Shown here piece after piece: positions 1-8,985 of a DNA stretch of 64,000 nucleotides (position 1 is the stretch's first letter; each line of letters begins with the position of its first letter). The stretch is taken from contig CAVRHU010000004.1 in assembly GCA_963721095.1 (NCBI GenBank), forward strand, positions 142,187-206,186, given 5' to 3'. Both the position numbers and the translations under genes were made by a program. The notes beneath the pieces were generated by a model. That model was not told the origin of the DNA and did not search any database. It worked only from the letters and a program-made list of their open reading frames with translations. This stretch comes from an uncultured Gammaproteobacteria bacterium (lineage in GTDB: Bacteria; Pseudomonadota; Gammaproteobacteria; Steroidobacterales; Steroidobacteraceae).

Positions 1-566
1 ATCCCCCCAAACAGCACCGCCTTCGATTGCCACCACGGCAAGACGGGCCTTCGGGCCGCCGACGCAGCGGTTCCGCGAGCCGCCGGCGAGGCGTTCTTGC
101 TCGGCTCCTGTAACTGCTCCCCCGACAGCAACCGTCGGACGCGCTCAACAAAGGCCGCGGATCCGACTCCGCCCGGCAAGCGCGACCACTGCACCTCCCG
201 AAACCGCTCCGGCACCCGCTCATCATCATCCCGCGTATCGTCGATCACGACTGGCAAGAGGAATGCCTGATCGGCCGAGATCAGGTGAGAGCGATCAACC
301 CCCAGTTTCCACTCCAGCCGAAAATACCCCTCAACCCGATCATGCGTGTTGTGGGAAATGACCGGGATAAACAGCGCACACGCCTTGATCTGCTTGCGGA
401 TCGAGGTATCCCACGCATCCCCGCCCCGAAGCTCGCTACGGTCAAACCACACCTCAATCCCAGCGGATTGCAGTGCCTCGCATATGGTTTCGGCAGCCTT
501 CGCGTCCTGGGACGCGTAGCTGAGGAATACCGCCTTGCCTGTCTCGGTCAAGGCACCGCCAACCAT
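1..566 (-). CDS. TIR domain-containing protein, 5' part (gene continues past the left edge)
   Basis: Own translation: the frame is open from ATG (566-564) down to position 3. It is missing from the ORF track because there is no stop in the window. MVGGALTETGKAVFLSYASQDAKAAETICEALQSAGIEVWFDRSELRGGDAWD...GYFRLEWKLG shows the FLSYASxD / VWFD / RLEW pattern of bacterial TIR domains. A Pro/Ala linker follows, ending ..PWWQSKAVLFGG. Confidence 0.8.
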   Translation of the reverse strand, partial: MVGGALTETGKAVFLSYASQDAKAAETICEALQSAGIEVWFDRSELRGGDAWDTSIRKQIKACALFIPVISHNTHDRVEGYFRLEWKLGVDRSHLISADQAFLLPVVIDDTRDDDERVPERFREVQWSRLPGGVGSAAFVERVRRLLSGEQLQEPSKNASPAARGTAASAARRPVLPWWQSKAVLFGG

Positions 567-814
567 GTCTTACTGCCGCATTTGATTTGGCAAAGGCGAG
601 TTGGGCTCGCGCGCCTAACTCGCCGGCGTCCGAACCGGCGCCGCGATTCCGCGAGCGGCGACGAAAGCCACCTACAAGCATCCCCGCCCCGCAGCTCGCT
701 ACGGTCAAACCACACCACAACGCCCGCCGCGCGCAACGCCTGACACAGCAGCTCCGCGGCAGCCGCATCCTGCGACGCGTAGCTCAAGAACACGGCTTTA
801 CTTAAGTCGGTCAA
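548..814 (-). pseudogene. 5' fragment of a second TIR-domain gene, fused to repeat-derived sequence
   Basis: MTDLSKAVFLSYASQDAAAAELLCQALRAAGVVVWFDRSELRGGDA parallels the first 51 residues of the neighbouring TIR gene, with high nucleotide identity between about 683-722 and 421-460. After about codon 46 the frame runs into the GC-rich repeat (RRRVRRASPTRL...). Confidence 0.7.
570..675. repeat. Partial copy of the recombinase-tail-associated repeat unit (hairpin 595-624)
   Basis: GGCGAGTT-N14-AACTCGCC at 595-624 is the reverse complement of GGCGAGTC-N14-GACTCGCC at 16902-16931, except for one compensatory base-pair change. The flanking CCGAACCGGCGCCG resembles CCGAACGGCCCGGCCG of the 16.9 kb copy. 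Confidence 0.6.
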
Positions 815-987
815 CTAAAGTCTCGACGAGACGGATAATGCGGAGAATGTTGTAATTGGTCTTATCCATCCTCATCGGGGTCATCCTGACGCAAGGATGG
901 CGGAAGGTTGACTGCAACGCAAATCGTTCGTCTGGGCCCGGCAGTTCGAGCTAGCGGTCTAATCCAATCTGTAGTACATTGTAATAC

Positions 988-1209
988 ATGCCCACTTTAA
1001 CCCTTCGTGTCCCGGACGATCTAGATAGAGCCCTGGAGCGCCAGAGCGCCGCACTCGGCATCTCCAAAAGTGATCTCGCGCGCGAGGCGTTGAAGCGCTA
1101 TTTGCGCGTCGCGGAATTTCGCACCCTGCGGACCAAGATGGTCGCTCGCGCTCAGGCCGGCGGATTCAATACCGACGAAGAAGTGTTCGACGCGCTCAAG
1201 AAGAAGTGA
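988..1209 (+). CDS. Ribbon-helix-helix (CopG/VapB-like) antitoxin
   Basis: 73 aa. MPTLTLRVPDDLDRALERQSAALGISKSDLAREALKRYL is a typical RHH N-terminus. Its stop overlaps the toxin start in GTGA. Confidence 0.75.
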   Translation: MPTLTLRVPDDLDRALERQSAALGISKSDLAREALKRYLRVAEFRTLRTKMVARAQAGGFNTDEEVFDALKKK

Positions 1210-1613
1210 GAATCGCTCTTGATTCTTCGGTGCTCATCGCGGCACACATCAGCCGCGCCGGCGTCTGCGCCGAACTCCTCGAAGATATCCTGCTACATCA
1301 CGAGCTGGTGATCTCCGATTTTATTATCGAGGAGCTCACCCGCAACCTTAAGGATAAGTTCCTGTTTCCCGCACGCGACGTGCAGCAAATCACTGCCTTC
1401 CTGCGTCGCGTTGCCATCGTTGTGTTACCCGCCGCTCTGCCGCCGGACATTTGCCGAGATTCTACCGACGTCCCAGTGCTGGGAACCGCCGTCGCTGGCG
1501 AATGCGCCCTACTGATCTCCGTCGACCGCGACCTTCTCGATATTCAAGAGTTTCAACGCATGCCAATCATTCGCCCCGGCGACTATTGGCGTCGCGCGGC
1601 TGCCGTCGAGTGA
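1206..1613 (+). CDS. PIN-domain toxin (TIGR00305-like)
   Basis: 135 aa with a GTG start. IALDSSVLIAA...IIEEL...DVPVLGTAVAGECALLISVDRDLL gives the acidic residues and layout of PIN-family TA toxins. It is translationally coupled to the RHH gene. Confidence 0.75.
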   Translation: MRIALDSSVLIAAHISRAGVCAELLEDILLHHELVISDFIIEELTRNLKDKFLFPARDVQQITAFLRRVAIVVLPAALPPDICRDSTDVPVLGTAVAGECALLISVDRDLLDIQEFQRMPIIRPGDYWRRAAAVE

Positions 1614-1705
1614 CGCGTCCGGAAAATGGCCGCTTGATCGTCAACCGAACCGCTAGCAAACCATACCGAGGGTCCGAGAACGCATCGCGTGTGCTCTTAA
1701 TGCGA

Positions 1706-1888
1706 CTACTTTATCTGCTGCGCCTTCTCCGCCTGCACCCGATCATAGATTTCCTCTCTATGTACGGCCACATCTTTTGGCGCAGCTATGCCAATCCTGA
1801 CCTGATTGCCTTTGACGTCCATCACCGTGACGGTGACCTCCTCACCAATCATCAAGCTTTCCCCGATCTTTCTCGTCAGAATCAACAT
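1706..1888 (-). CDS. csrA: Carbon storage regulator CsrA
   Basis: 60 aa. [60 protein letters not shown] is near-colinear with E. coli CsrA ([48 protein letters not shown]). Confidence 0.95.
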   Translation of the reverse strand: MLILTRKIGESLMIGEEVTVTVMDVKGNQVRIGIAAPKDVAVHREEIYDRVQAEKAQQIK

Positions 1889-1955
1889 CTACAATGCCCC
1901 TTCGTCTCCGCTTGGTATGAATGCTACGGGTCATTGTAACGACTGGGGGAGATAA

Positions 1956-2960
1956 CTACTCCGAAATCATCCCAATCGTCTTGAGCCACGTCTCGACCAA
2001 CTTTGGCCACTGCGCGATCGGCAACTGGCTCGGCCGCAGCCCAAACGCATGTCCGCCGTGCGCGTATAGGTGCATTTCGGTGGGGACGCCGGCTTTCTGT
2101 AGCGCGACATAATAGGCCAACGACTGCTCCACGCCGTCCACGGTGTCGTCCTCGGCTTGGAGTAAGAAGGTGGGTGGCGAGTCGGCGCGTACCGGTATAT
2201 CCGCGCGAAGTTTCAAATCCGTCTCGTCGCGTGTGGCGTGGTCCTCATCCTCGTGCGCCCACAGGTGGCCGGGATAGACGAGAATGGCAAAGTCAGGTCG
2301 GCAGCTTAAATCGTCGGCGGCATCCACGGGCCGGTACGTCCGCTGTGAGAAGTGCGTGCTGACCGCGGCGACCAAGTGCCCGCCGGCAGAAAAGCCGATC
2401 ACACCGACTTTGTGCGGATCGACGTGCCACTACGCCGCGTGTTGGCGCACCAGCCCCAAGGTGCGCTGCGCGTCCTCGAGCGCCGTCTGCACCTTCGGGT
2501 AGACGCGTCGTTTGTTCTCCTCGTCCCACCACGGACCCGAGCCCGGCACGCGGTACTTCAGCAATACGCAAGTGACGCCGCGCGAAGTCAACCAGTCGCA
2601 GATCTCCGTGCCTTCCAAATCCATGGCCAGGAATTGGTAACCCCCGCCCGGAAACACCACCGCAGCCGCACCGGTGTTGCGGCCCTTGGCCGCATACACC
2701 GTCATGGTCGGTCGGCTGACATCGTTAGCCCTGGGCCACCATTCACGTCCTGCGGGCGGACCAACAGATTCCGGTTTCGGGTTAGGTATCACATCGGGTA
2801 CCGCGCCCCGCCAGATCGGCACTTGCGTGTGACCCGGAGAAGGTTGCCACGTGTCCGCACGGACGCCATTGCCGCCAAGTGCTGTGACGACACCAAGAGC
2901 AAATATCAATGCCTTCATCGCGACTTTTGACACGCTCTTTCCTCGGTCCGCATTTGCCAT
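1956..2960 (-). pseudogene. Exported alpha/beta hydrolase (acetyl esterase/lipase-like), interrupted by one in-frame TAG
   Basis: ORFs 2430..2960 and 1956..2402 are in the same frame and are joined as ..LVRQHAA*WHVDPHKVGVIGFSAGGHL. The TAG lies at 2430-2432. A GxSxG nucleophile elbow, the ..AEDD.. motif and a C-terminal HGGHAF are present. There is an N-terminal signal peptide. Confidence 0.8.
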
Positions 2961-3154
2961 ACTTAAGCCTTTCTATGAGCCGGTTCTAAAGGTCACCGTT
3001 ACATCACCCTGAATCCATAGTGGGCGAATGTTACGCCGCTAACATACACACACGCAGTACTATTCATGTTGTTGGCTGTTCGTAGCAGAGGCGCCTGGCT
3101 AGCCAACCCGGCCTATCATTTAGTACCCTCCAAGAGTCTTCCGGAGATACAAAC

Positions 3155-4099
3155 ATGAAACATGATCGCGCGAGAGTCATAGTGAACGCGTTCAGTCTTG
3201 GCGCGATTTTCGGTGTTAGCTCCGCGTCCTTCGCGGCGCACTTACAAGACAGTCCCGTTATTCATATCGAGGACGTGGGTGCATTCTATAAGCTGTACGA
3301 CGGCACCAGTGGACACCCGAGCGCCGATCAACTTCAGCACGACTACCTCGATCCGGGTTCCGACGGCTTGCACAACCTCGCCAAGGTGCGCGATGTCACT
3401 GGGACAAGGATCGCGGACAACATCGCCAAGCACCCCGAGATCTATTCGGATGCCAGGCAATGCATGGCCGTGCTCCCGCGCGTGCGGCAGCGCGTGCAGG
3501 TCGCGCTGCAAAAATTAGGCCATCTGTATCCGGAAGCACGGTTCCCGCCGGTGACCATCGCCGTGGGTCGCGGTAAGCCCGTAGGCGTAGGTAGCCCCGT
3601 CACCGGTCTGCAGATCGGTCTCGAGGCACTGTGCGCGGTGAAGTGGATGGATCCCAATGTCGAGGACAGATTTGTACGCGTCATTGCCCACGAATATATC
3701 CACGTACAGCAGGCCGCGGCGCTCAGTGATGATGAGCATCCCACTTTGCTCGAGAGGTCCCTCCTCGAAGGAGCCGCAGAACTCGGTGCGGAGCTGCTTA
3801 CCGGTCAGCCCGCCGAAGTTACCAGCCCGCAGATGCGGTCAGCAACACAGGGACATGAAAAGGAGATCGAGAGCGCATTTCTTACGGATGAAGACAACAC
3901 CGATCTTGCCAAATGGCTGGACAACTCAAGCTATGACAAGCAAGGTGACTTGGGCTACTGGGTCGGCTATCGCATCGTCAAATCCTACTATCAGCACGCT
4001 GGCGAGAAGCGCCGCGCCCTGCGCGAAATCATAGAGATGACCGATCCAAAAGCGTTCCTGGCAAAGAGCGGGTGGTCTCCCGGCATGAAGCTGCAATGA
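3155..4099 (+). CDS. Exported putative Zn-dependent protease (DUF2268-like)
   Basis: 314 aa with a signal peptide. The HExxH motif lies in VIAHEYIHVQQ. The family assignment is from memory of DUF2268. Confidence 0.5.
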   Translation: MKHDRARVIVNAFSLGAIFGVSSASFAAHLQDSPVIHIEDVGAFYKLYDGTSGHPSADQLQHDYLDPGSDGLHNLAKVRDVTGTRIADNIAKHPEIYSDARQCMAVLPRVRQRVQVALQKLGHLYPEARFPPVTIAVGRGKPVGVGSPVTGLQIGLEALCAVKWMDPNVEDRFVRVIAHEYIHVQQAAALSDDEHPTLLERSLLEGAAELGAELLTGQPAEVTSPQMRSATQGHEKEIESAFLTDEDNTDLAKWLDNSSYDKQGDLGYWVGYRIVKSYYQHAGEKRRALREIIEMTDPKAFLAKSGWSPGMKLQ

Positions 4100-4510
4100 T
4101 ATTTCTTCGTCGGCGGGGCCGTTCGGCCGCGACGCTTCACCATCCCTGGTTCGCTGCGGTCCAGCCAGTCCATCCATGTAGTCGCAGACATGCTGCTCAC
4201 CCATGCCCTCGCCCCGCACGACGAGTTAGAGACGCGCGTAGCAGGCGCGACTCTAACCGCAACGCTACGGTGTCCCTGCTCCGCTGCGGCCCTGCCGGAC
4301 TATCCATAGTCCGGCGTTCGGTGTGTCCACCTCACCCTTCCGGACTGCCGTCCGTTGCCACCTCCCTGTGGCAATTAGCGCTCGAATAACGGCACCGTCG
4401 ACAACTCCTTCCCTGGAGACCTCTTTCTTGGCGCGGCAGCGCCGAGCCGGCTGGGCCGCACCCGGCTTCCGGCGTCCGCCTTCTCCACCTATCTGTCGAA
4501 CCTGAATCAA
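4097..4510. repeat. Dispersed copy of the recombinase-tail repeat unit
   Basis: 4105-4126 matches 16856-16877 at 21/22. 4204-4229 matches 16886-16911 at 23/26. The palindrome TTGCCAC-CTCCCT-GTGGCAA lies at 4355-4374, and a hairpin GTTAGAG/CTCTAAC at 4225-4257. Confidence 0.65.
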
Positions 4511-4651
4511 AGTGCCGGGGTCGGGAATGCGCTTTCGGAAGTAGCCGATCTCTACATCGATGCGCAGATCACCGGGCAATGTACCGTCAACCGCGACGAT
4601 CACTCCGTCGTGCAGAATGTTCCAGATCCCGGGAAAGAAGCCTTCAGTCAT
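4511..4651 (-). pseudogene. 5' fragment of a small unknown gene, truncated by the repeat
   Basis: MTEGFFPGIWNILHDGVIVAVDGTLPGDLRIDVEIGYFRKRIPDPGTLIQV reads like protein and then turns into repeat-derived R/G/A-rich sequence. A paralogous 3' fragment lies at 14689-14847. Confidence 0.35.
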
Positions 4652-4685
4652 CCTAACTGCACCCTTAGCTGCGCTATATTGACGC

Positions 4686-5504
4686 ATGTTTCCCGCACCA
4701 CTCAGACCGACAGCCTATTCACATGGAGAAGCGACTACTGTGAGCATTGAACAACGACTTCGCCGGCTCTTGAGCGTCGCACGCGCAGAGGCAAAGAGAA
4801 ACCTCATAGTAGCAATACTCACGGCCCTCGCCGCGCCTGCGCTGGCCGATGAGCGCGTGAAGATCACGCAATATGAGCAGCAATTATCCGACGCAATCAC
4901 AAACGGCACTTCCGCCGTGTGGGACAAGTATCTCGACCCCGATGTCATCTACGCCGAAGAGGACGACAGCTACAAAGACAAAAACGCGATGGTCAAGGAA
5001 GTCCATCCGCTGCCGCGAGGTCTCGGCGGAGAGATAAAGGTTGAACTTCTCTCCTATCACGAGGACGGCGAAACCGCGGTCGCGCTCTTCCGCCAGCACG
5101 AGATTGAGCGCTATTACGGACAGACGATCCACGCGAGCTATCTGCTGAGCACGGTATGGAAGAAGCGCGCCGACGGCTGGAGGCAGATTGAGGGACAGGT
5201 TCTGGCGGAAAAGACCGACCCGCCGTCGATCGTGCTGCCGACCACCGATCTGCAGAAATTCGCGGGGACCTACAAACTCAAGGATTCCGCGCCAATCTAC
5301 ACGATTACACTAGCTGACGGAAAGCTGAAGGGCGGACGCGCCGGCAAGGTCCCCTCAGAGTGGAATGCCGAGACACGCGACGTGTTCTTCATCAAGGGCG
5401 ACCCACGCATCCGCAAGATCTTCCAGTACGACGCGACGGGCAGAGTCACCGGCTTTGTCGAACGGCGCGAGAGCTGGGATATCGTGTGGAGCAAAGTGGG
5501 TTAG
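4686..5504 (+). CDS. Exported protein with an NTF2/SnoaL-like (DUF4440-like) domain and a C-terminal beta domain
   Basis: 272-aa ORF with a hydrophobic signal-like segment (IVAILTALAAPALA). Composition is consistent with a real gene. The start codon is uncertain. Confidence 0.45.
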   Translation: MFPAPLRPTAYSHGEATTVSIEQRLRRLLSVARAEAKRNLIVAILTALAAPALADERVKITQYEQQLSDAITNGTSAVWDKYLDPDVIYAEEDDSYKDKNAMVKEVHPLPRGLGGEIKVELLSYHEDGETAVALFRQHEIERYYGQTIHASYLLSTVWKKRADGWRQIEGQVLAEKTDPPSIVLPTTDLQKFAGTYKLKDSAPIYTITLADGKLKGGRAGKVPSEWNAETRDVFFIKGDPRIRKIFQYDATGRVTGFVERRESWDIVWSKVG

Positions 5505-5559
5505 GCTTCTTTGGACCGCCCGGTTTGGTGGACACCACCTTTAGGCCATCTTAACTCAG

Positions 5560-5790
5560 TGTCCGGAAAACCGGCTGCAGTCCAATTTGCCGTTGGAGGC
5601 GTTCGTGGCTTTTCGTGGACAGCCAACTCGGCGCCAAAGCCAGCGCCAATCTGTACTCGATCGTAATGACCTGCCGCGCCAACGGCATCGAGCCCTACGC
5701 CTACTTGTGCCATCTGTTTGAGGAATTTCCCAAGGCCAAGATAGCTGAGCAACGAAAGCCTTGTTGCCGTGGAACGCGAAGGCCGCGCTC
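5560..5790 (+). pseudogene. IS66-family transposase C-terminal fragment (frameshifted)
   Basis: ENRLQ.. / RRSWLFVDSQLGAKASANLYSIVMTCRANGIEPYAYLCHLFEEFPKA / ALLPWNAK are found in three different frames. This matches the conserved tail of IS66 TnpC (..GRKNWLF...A..YSLI.T.K.NG..P..YL...LP...LLPWN). Confidence 0.65.
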
Positions 5791-5935
5791 GACGTGGCGG
5801 CCGCTCCGACTGACGCTGAACTCGACGCCTAACCTCAACGCCCCGCATTGCACCTATGATGTTGATCTTCGAGACCTCTACGCCGGCGAGACGGTGCTCG
5901 TGAAGAAGGGGGATCCCGTCGACCGCTCGCATTCA

Positions 5936-7111
5936 TCAATTGCCGTTCTCGCTGCTTTGTCCAAAATCCACGACCATGCCGTTTAAAGGGAGCTCGCCTT
6001 TACGATTCTCCCATACCTTGTCCTTATTCCTGACGCGGTAGTGGTCGATCAGATAGGGTAGTCCCTCGCCTGCCAATAACGTCGGTGATGTCGTCACTTC
6101 GAAATGTAAATGCGGTATGGGTGGATCCCCAGAACAGCCGATGCGCGCCAGAAGCTGGCCGCGCCGCACACGTTCACCAATCTTGACGCGGATACTGCCG
6201 GGCGCGAGATGGAAGTACCAAGCGTATTGGCCGGCGCCAAGATTCAGCACGATCGTGTTACCGCCGACGGTGTCTATTGTTATGGGCACGGCATGATGGA
6301 AGGTTTCAGGTGATCCCGGAGTGTTGTTGGGAATGCCATCGCGGGCCTCCTCTACCGTCGCGTCCGCGACCGCGAATACAGGCTGGTCGTACGAGTAATA
6401 GGAGCGAAGATCCTGCGGATCGCCCGAAAGAATTGAATCCTCCTTCTGGATCATCCAGTCGATGGCGTACCGACGCGAGATGGTCACTTGTCCGTTGATC
6501 GCAAGTATTCCGCGGCGGTGATGATTACTGGGATCATTGCTCGGGCCATCCGACGCTAACCATCCCGCCCCTCTCACAGGGGGAGCGAGCAATTGCAGAT
6601 CGTTGTGGTGAGTATCGACGACGGCACCTTCGATCTTGGAAGTGCTAGTTACAACACGATGGCGCAGGCGCGCGGGTATCCGTGCATGCCCGTCGATGGG
6701 CACCCACATAAAGGCAACAGCCGTCGCGCCGCCACTCAATTCGCTAACGTCGGGCGCCTGGGCGCCAACAGACTGCAAAAGCGCCCCAAGTTGTTTGTCC
6801 TCATAAGAGGCAAGTGGAGTTGCAGACGGTTCTTGATCATCGAGCACGTCTATGCGTTGAAGTTTCATAGAATTAGCGGATAAATTCGTCAGGTACAGCT
6901 CGTACGCAACATACCTATGGCCCGCACTCTGAAATGCGGTCGGCGCGAACGGCGCGCGCATTTCGAGCTGTAGTGGAAATGGCGAAACGGTCGGACTGCT
7001 TTTGGGGCCAGCGTCCGGAACAGCCGAGTAGGCAAATCCACTAGTGACGTAGAGGAGCACCGCGAGCAGGAAGACTCTCATCATTTTCTGACCCCGGTTG
7101 AAATGACGCAT
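5936..7111 (-). CDS. Exported M23 family metallopeptidase
   Basis: 391 aa with a signal peptide. The C-terminus YAWYFHLAPGSIRVKIGERVRRGQLLARIGCSGDPPIPHLHFEV is the M23 HxxxD/HxH region. The start may be at an internal Met near 7084. Confidence 0.8.
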   Translation of the reverse strand: MRHFNRGQKMMRVFLLAVLLYVTSGFAYSAVPDAGPKSSPTVSPFPLQLEMRAPFAPTAFQSAGHRYVAYELYLTNLSANSMKLQRIDVLDDQEPSATPLASYEDKQLGALLQSVGAQAPDVSELSGGATAVAFMWVPIDGHARIPARLRHRVVTSTSKIEGAVVDTHHNDLQLLAPPVRGAGWLASDGPSNDPSNHHRRGILAINGQVTISRRYAIDWMIQKEDSILSGDPQDLRSYYSYDQPVFAVADATVEEARDGIPNNTPGSPETFHHAVPITIDTVGGNTIVLNLGAGQYAWYFHLAPGSIRVKIGERVRRGQLLARIGCSGDPPIPHLHFEVTTSPTLLAGEGLPYLIDHYRVRNKDKVWENRKGELPLNGMVVDFGQSSENGN

Positions 7112-7359
7112 CTATTCCACTCATTCGATCGTTTCGTCGCATCCACTCCGCGCTCCTCGGTTACGCAACCCTATTTATCGCGCAAACGCGGAGTCATGGT
7201 TGTTTATATGCTTACCCAACTTCGGCCGGTGGCCGTCATATCAATTTGAGCATCTATTTTCGCGGCGGAACATAGGCAACGCACGGTTTCGTCCCTTCCT
7301 CCAACGAACTTGTCCCAAGGAGCCTGCGAGAACATGGAGACCAGTCCACAAGGCGTCAG

Positions 7360-7450
7360 CACCGCGCGCTCCCCCCACGCTCTGCGTAGCGCGTCGGCAT
7401 TCCTGTATCTTTCCACGTTCTTCGCCGGCCGGGCTGTTCGGGCGACGCCG
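7360..7450 (-). pseudogene. Orphan 3' tail of a Cre-like tyrosine recombinase gene, plus an adjacent repeat segment
   Basis: Own translation gives ..GRRRTWKDTGMPTRYAERGGSAR, compared with QAGRWKDTRMPMRYAERVLATRGG at 17.0 kb. The upstream CGGCCGGGCTGTTCGGGC (7427-7444) matches CGGCCGGGCCGTTCGGGC (16862-16879) at 17/18. Confidence 0.5.
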
Positions 7451-7671
7451 CGCCCTCTTGCTCTGCCATCCTGTCTTCGCGGAGTCCAGCCTGTGCGTTC
7501 GTGCACAGTCGTTGCGTCTGCGTTCTGACATTTAATCAGAACGCGAGAACCGCGGCAGCGCCCGCACAGGGGCGCCGCGATGGATGGTATGCGTCGCTGT
7601 GTGATAAAAGGCCTTGTTTTATAGGTATTTTATCGTGCATCGAAGATCTTTATCAGGTATGATTATCGCTC

Positions 7672-8982
7672 ATGGAAGGGATGAGTGAGCTGCCCGATGA
7701 TGTGGAGATCTTAAAACAGATCGTCCTCGAGCAGCGCGCCCGGCTCCTCTCCAATAAGCTGCTGATCGAACAACTGAAGCTCGAGCTCTCGAAGCTTCGG
7801 CGCATGTGAGGACGTCTCCGAGGTACTCGAGTACGTGCCGACTCACTTCAAGGTGATCCGCCATGTTCGACCGAAGCTCTCATGCCCAAAGTGCCAGACG
7901 ATCGTGCAAGCAGAGGCGCCTTCGCGACCGATCGCGCGGGGTCTCGCCGGTCCAGGGCTACTCGCCCATGTCCTCGTATCGAAGTATTGCGATCACTTGC
8001 CATTGTACCGGCAGAGTCAGATCTATCAGCGAGATGGGATTGATCTCGATCGCTCAACGCTCGCCGACTGGGTGGGTGCGGCAAGCGCGCTCCTCGATCC
8101 CCTCGTGACCGCGATCAGAGATTACGTCTTCAATGCCCACAAGATCCATGGCGACGATACGCCGGTGCCGGTGCTTTGTCCTGGCCGCGGAACGACGCGA
8201 CAGGGGCGCCTGTGGAGCTACGTGCGCGACGATCGACCAGCGGCCAGCACCGATTCGCCGGCGGTTTGGTTCGCCTACTCCCCGGATCGCAAGGGTGAGC
8301 ACCCGCGCAGGCATTTGCGGGACTTCGTCGGCATCCTGCAGGCCGATGGCTATGCGGGATTTGATCGTCTCTACAACGACCAGGATCCCGATCACCCGAT
8401 CAAAGAGGCAGCCTGTTGGGCGCACTCGCGCAGAAAGTTCTACGATATCCAGGTGGCCACCGACTCGCCCATTGCTAGCGAAGCGCTCACCCGCATCGGT
8501 GAACTCTACGGCATCGAGGCAGAGATCCGCGGCCAATCGCCCGAGATTCGTCGACAGATCCGCAGGGCACGCGCCGGACCGAAGCTCACCGAGCTCCATC
8601 GGTGGCTCATCGCTACGGTGATAAAACTACCGAAGAAGTCAGACCTCGCCGGAGCCATCCATTACGCGCTCGCGCGCTGGAAGGCGCTTACCCGTATTGC
8701 GATGACGGGAGCATCGAGATCGACAACAATGCTGCGGAACGGGCTTTGCGCGCGGTTGCTCTGGGCAGGAAAAACTATCTCTTCGCCGGCGCCGATTGTG
8801 GCGGAGAGCGTGCTGCGGCGATCTATAGCCTGATCGGTACAGCCAAACTGAATGAGCTCGATCCGGAACCCTATCTGAGATACGTGCTCGAGCGCATCGC
8901 AGAACATCCGATTAATCGGATCGAGGCTTTACTCCCATGGAGTGTGGCTCCGATTCTTTGCACCCTGCCATTAGCCGCCTGA
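7672..8982 (+). mobile_element. Decayed IS66-family transposase (TnpC): internal deletion plus frameshift
   Basis: The N-terminus MEGMSELPDDVEILKQ...LKLELSKLRRM* runs directly into ..EDVSEVLEYVPTHFKVIRHVRPKLSCPKC, so the middle is missing. A frameshift near 8694 separates ..ALARWKALTR from YCDDGSIEIDNNAAERALRAVALGRKNYLFAG...LLPWS. Confidence 0.9.
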
Positions 8983-8985
8983 GAT

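Noticed and set aside
2430-2432. Possible amber (TAG) recoding or suppression, because all three in-frame stops (2430, 26315, 52552) are TAG
   Set aside because: TAG also ends about a quarter of the confident genes here at normal lengths (csrA, M48, GST, TetR, S10 and others). In a genome with G/C-ending codons, TAG is the nonsense codon most easily reached from GAG, TTG, TCG, AAG or CAG. Ordinary pseudogenisation explains the pattern.
7111-7670. Search for a CsrB/Rsm-type sRNA (clustered GGA hairpins) near csrA and in the larger intergenic regions (7111-7670, 16371-16700, 20246-20588, 23421-23700)
   Set aside because: Only isolated GGA motifs were found, with no array of ANGGA loops.
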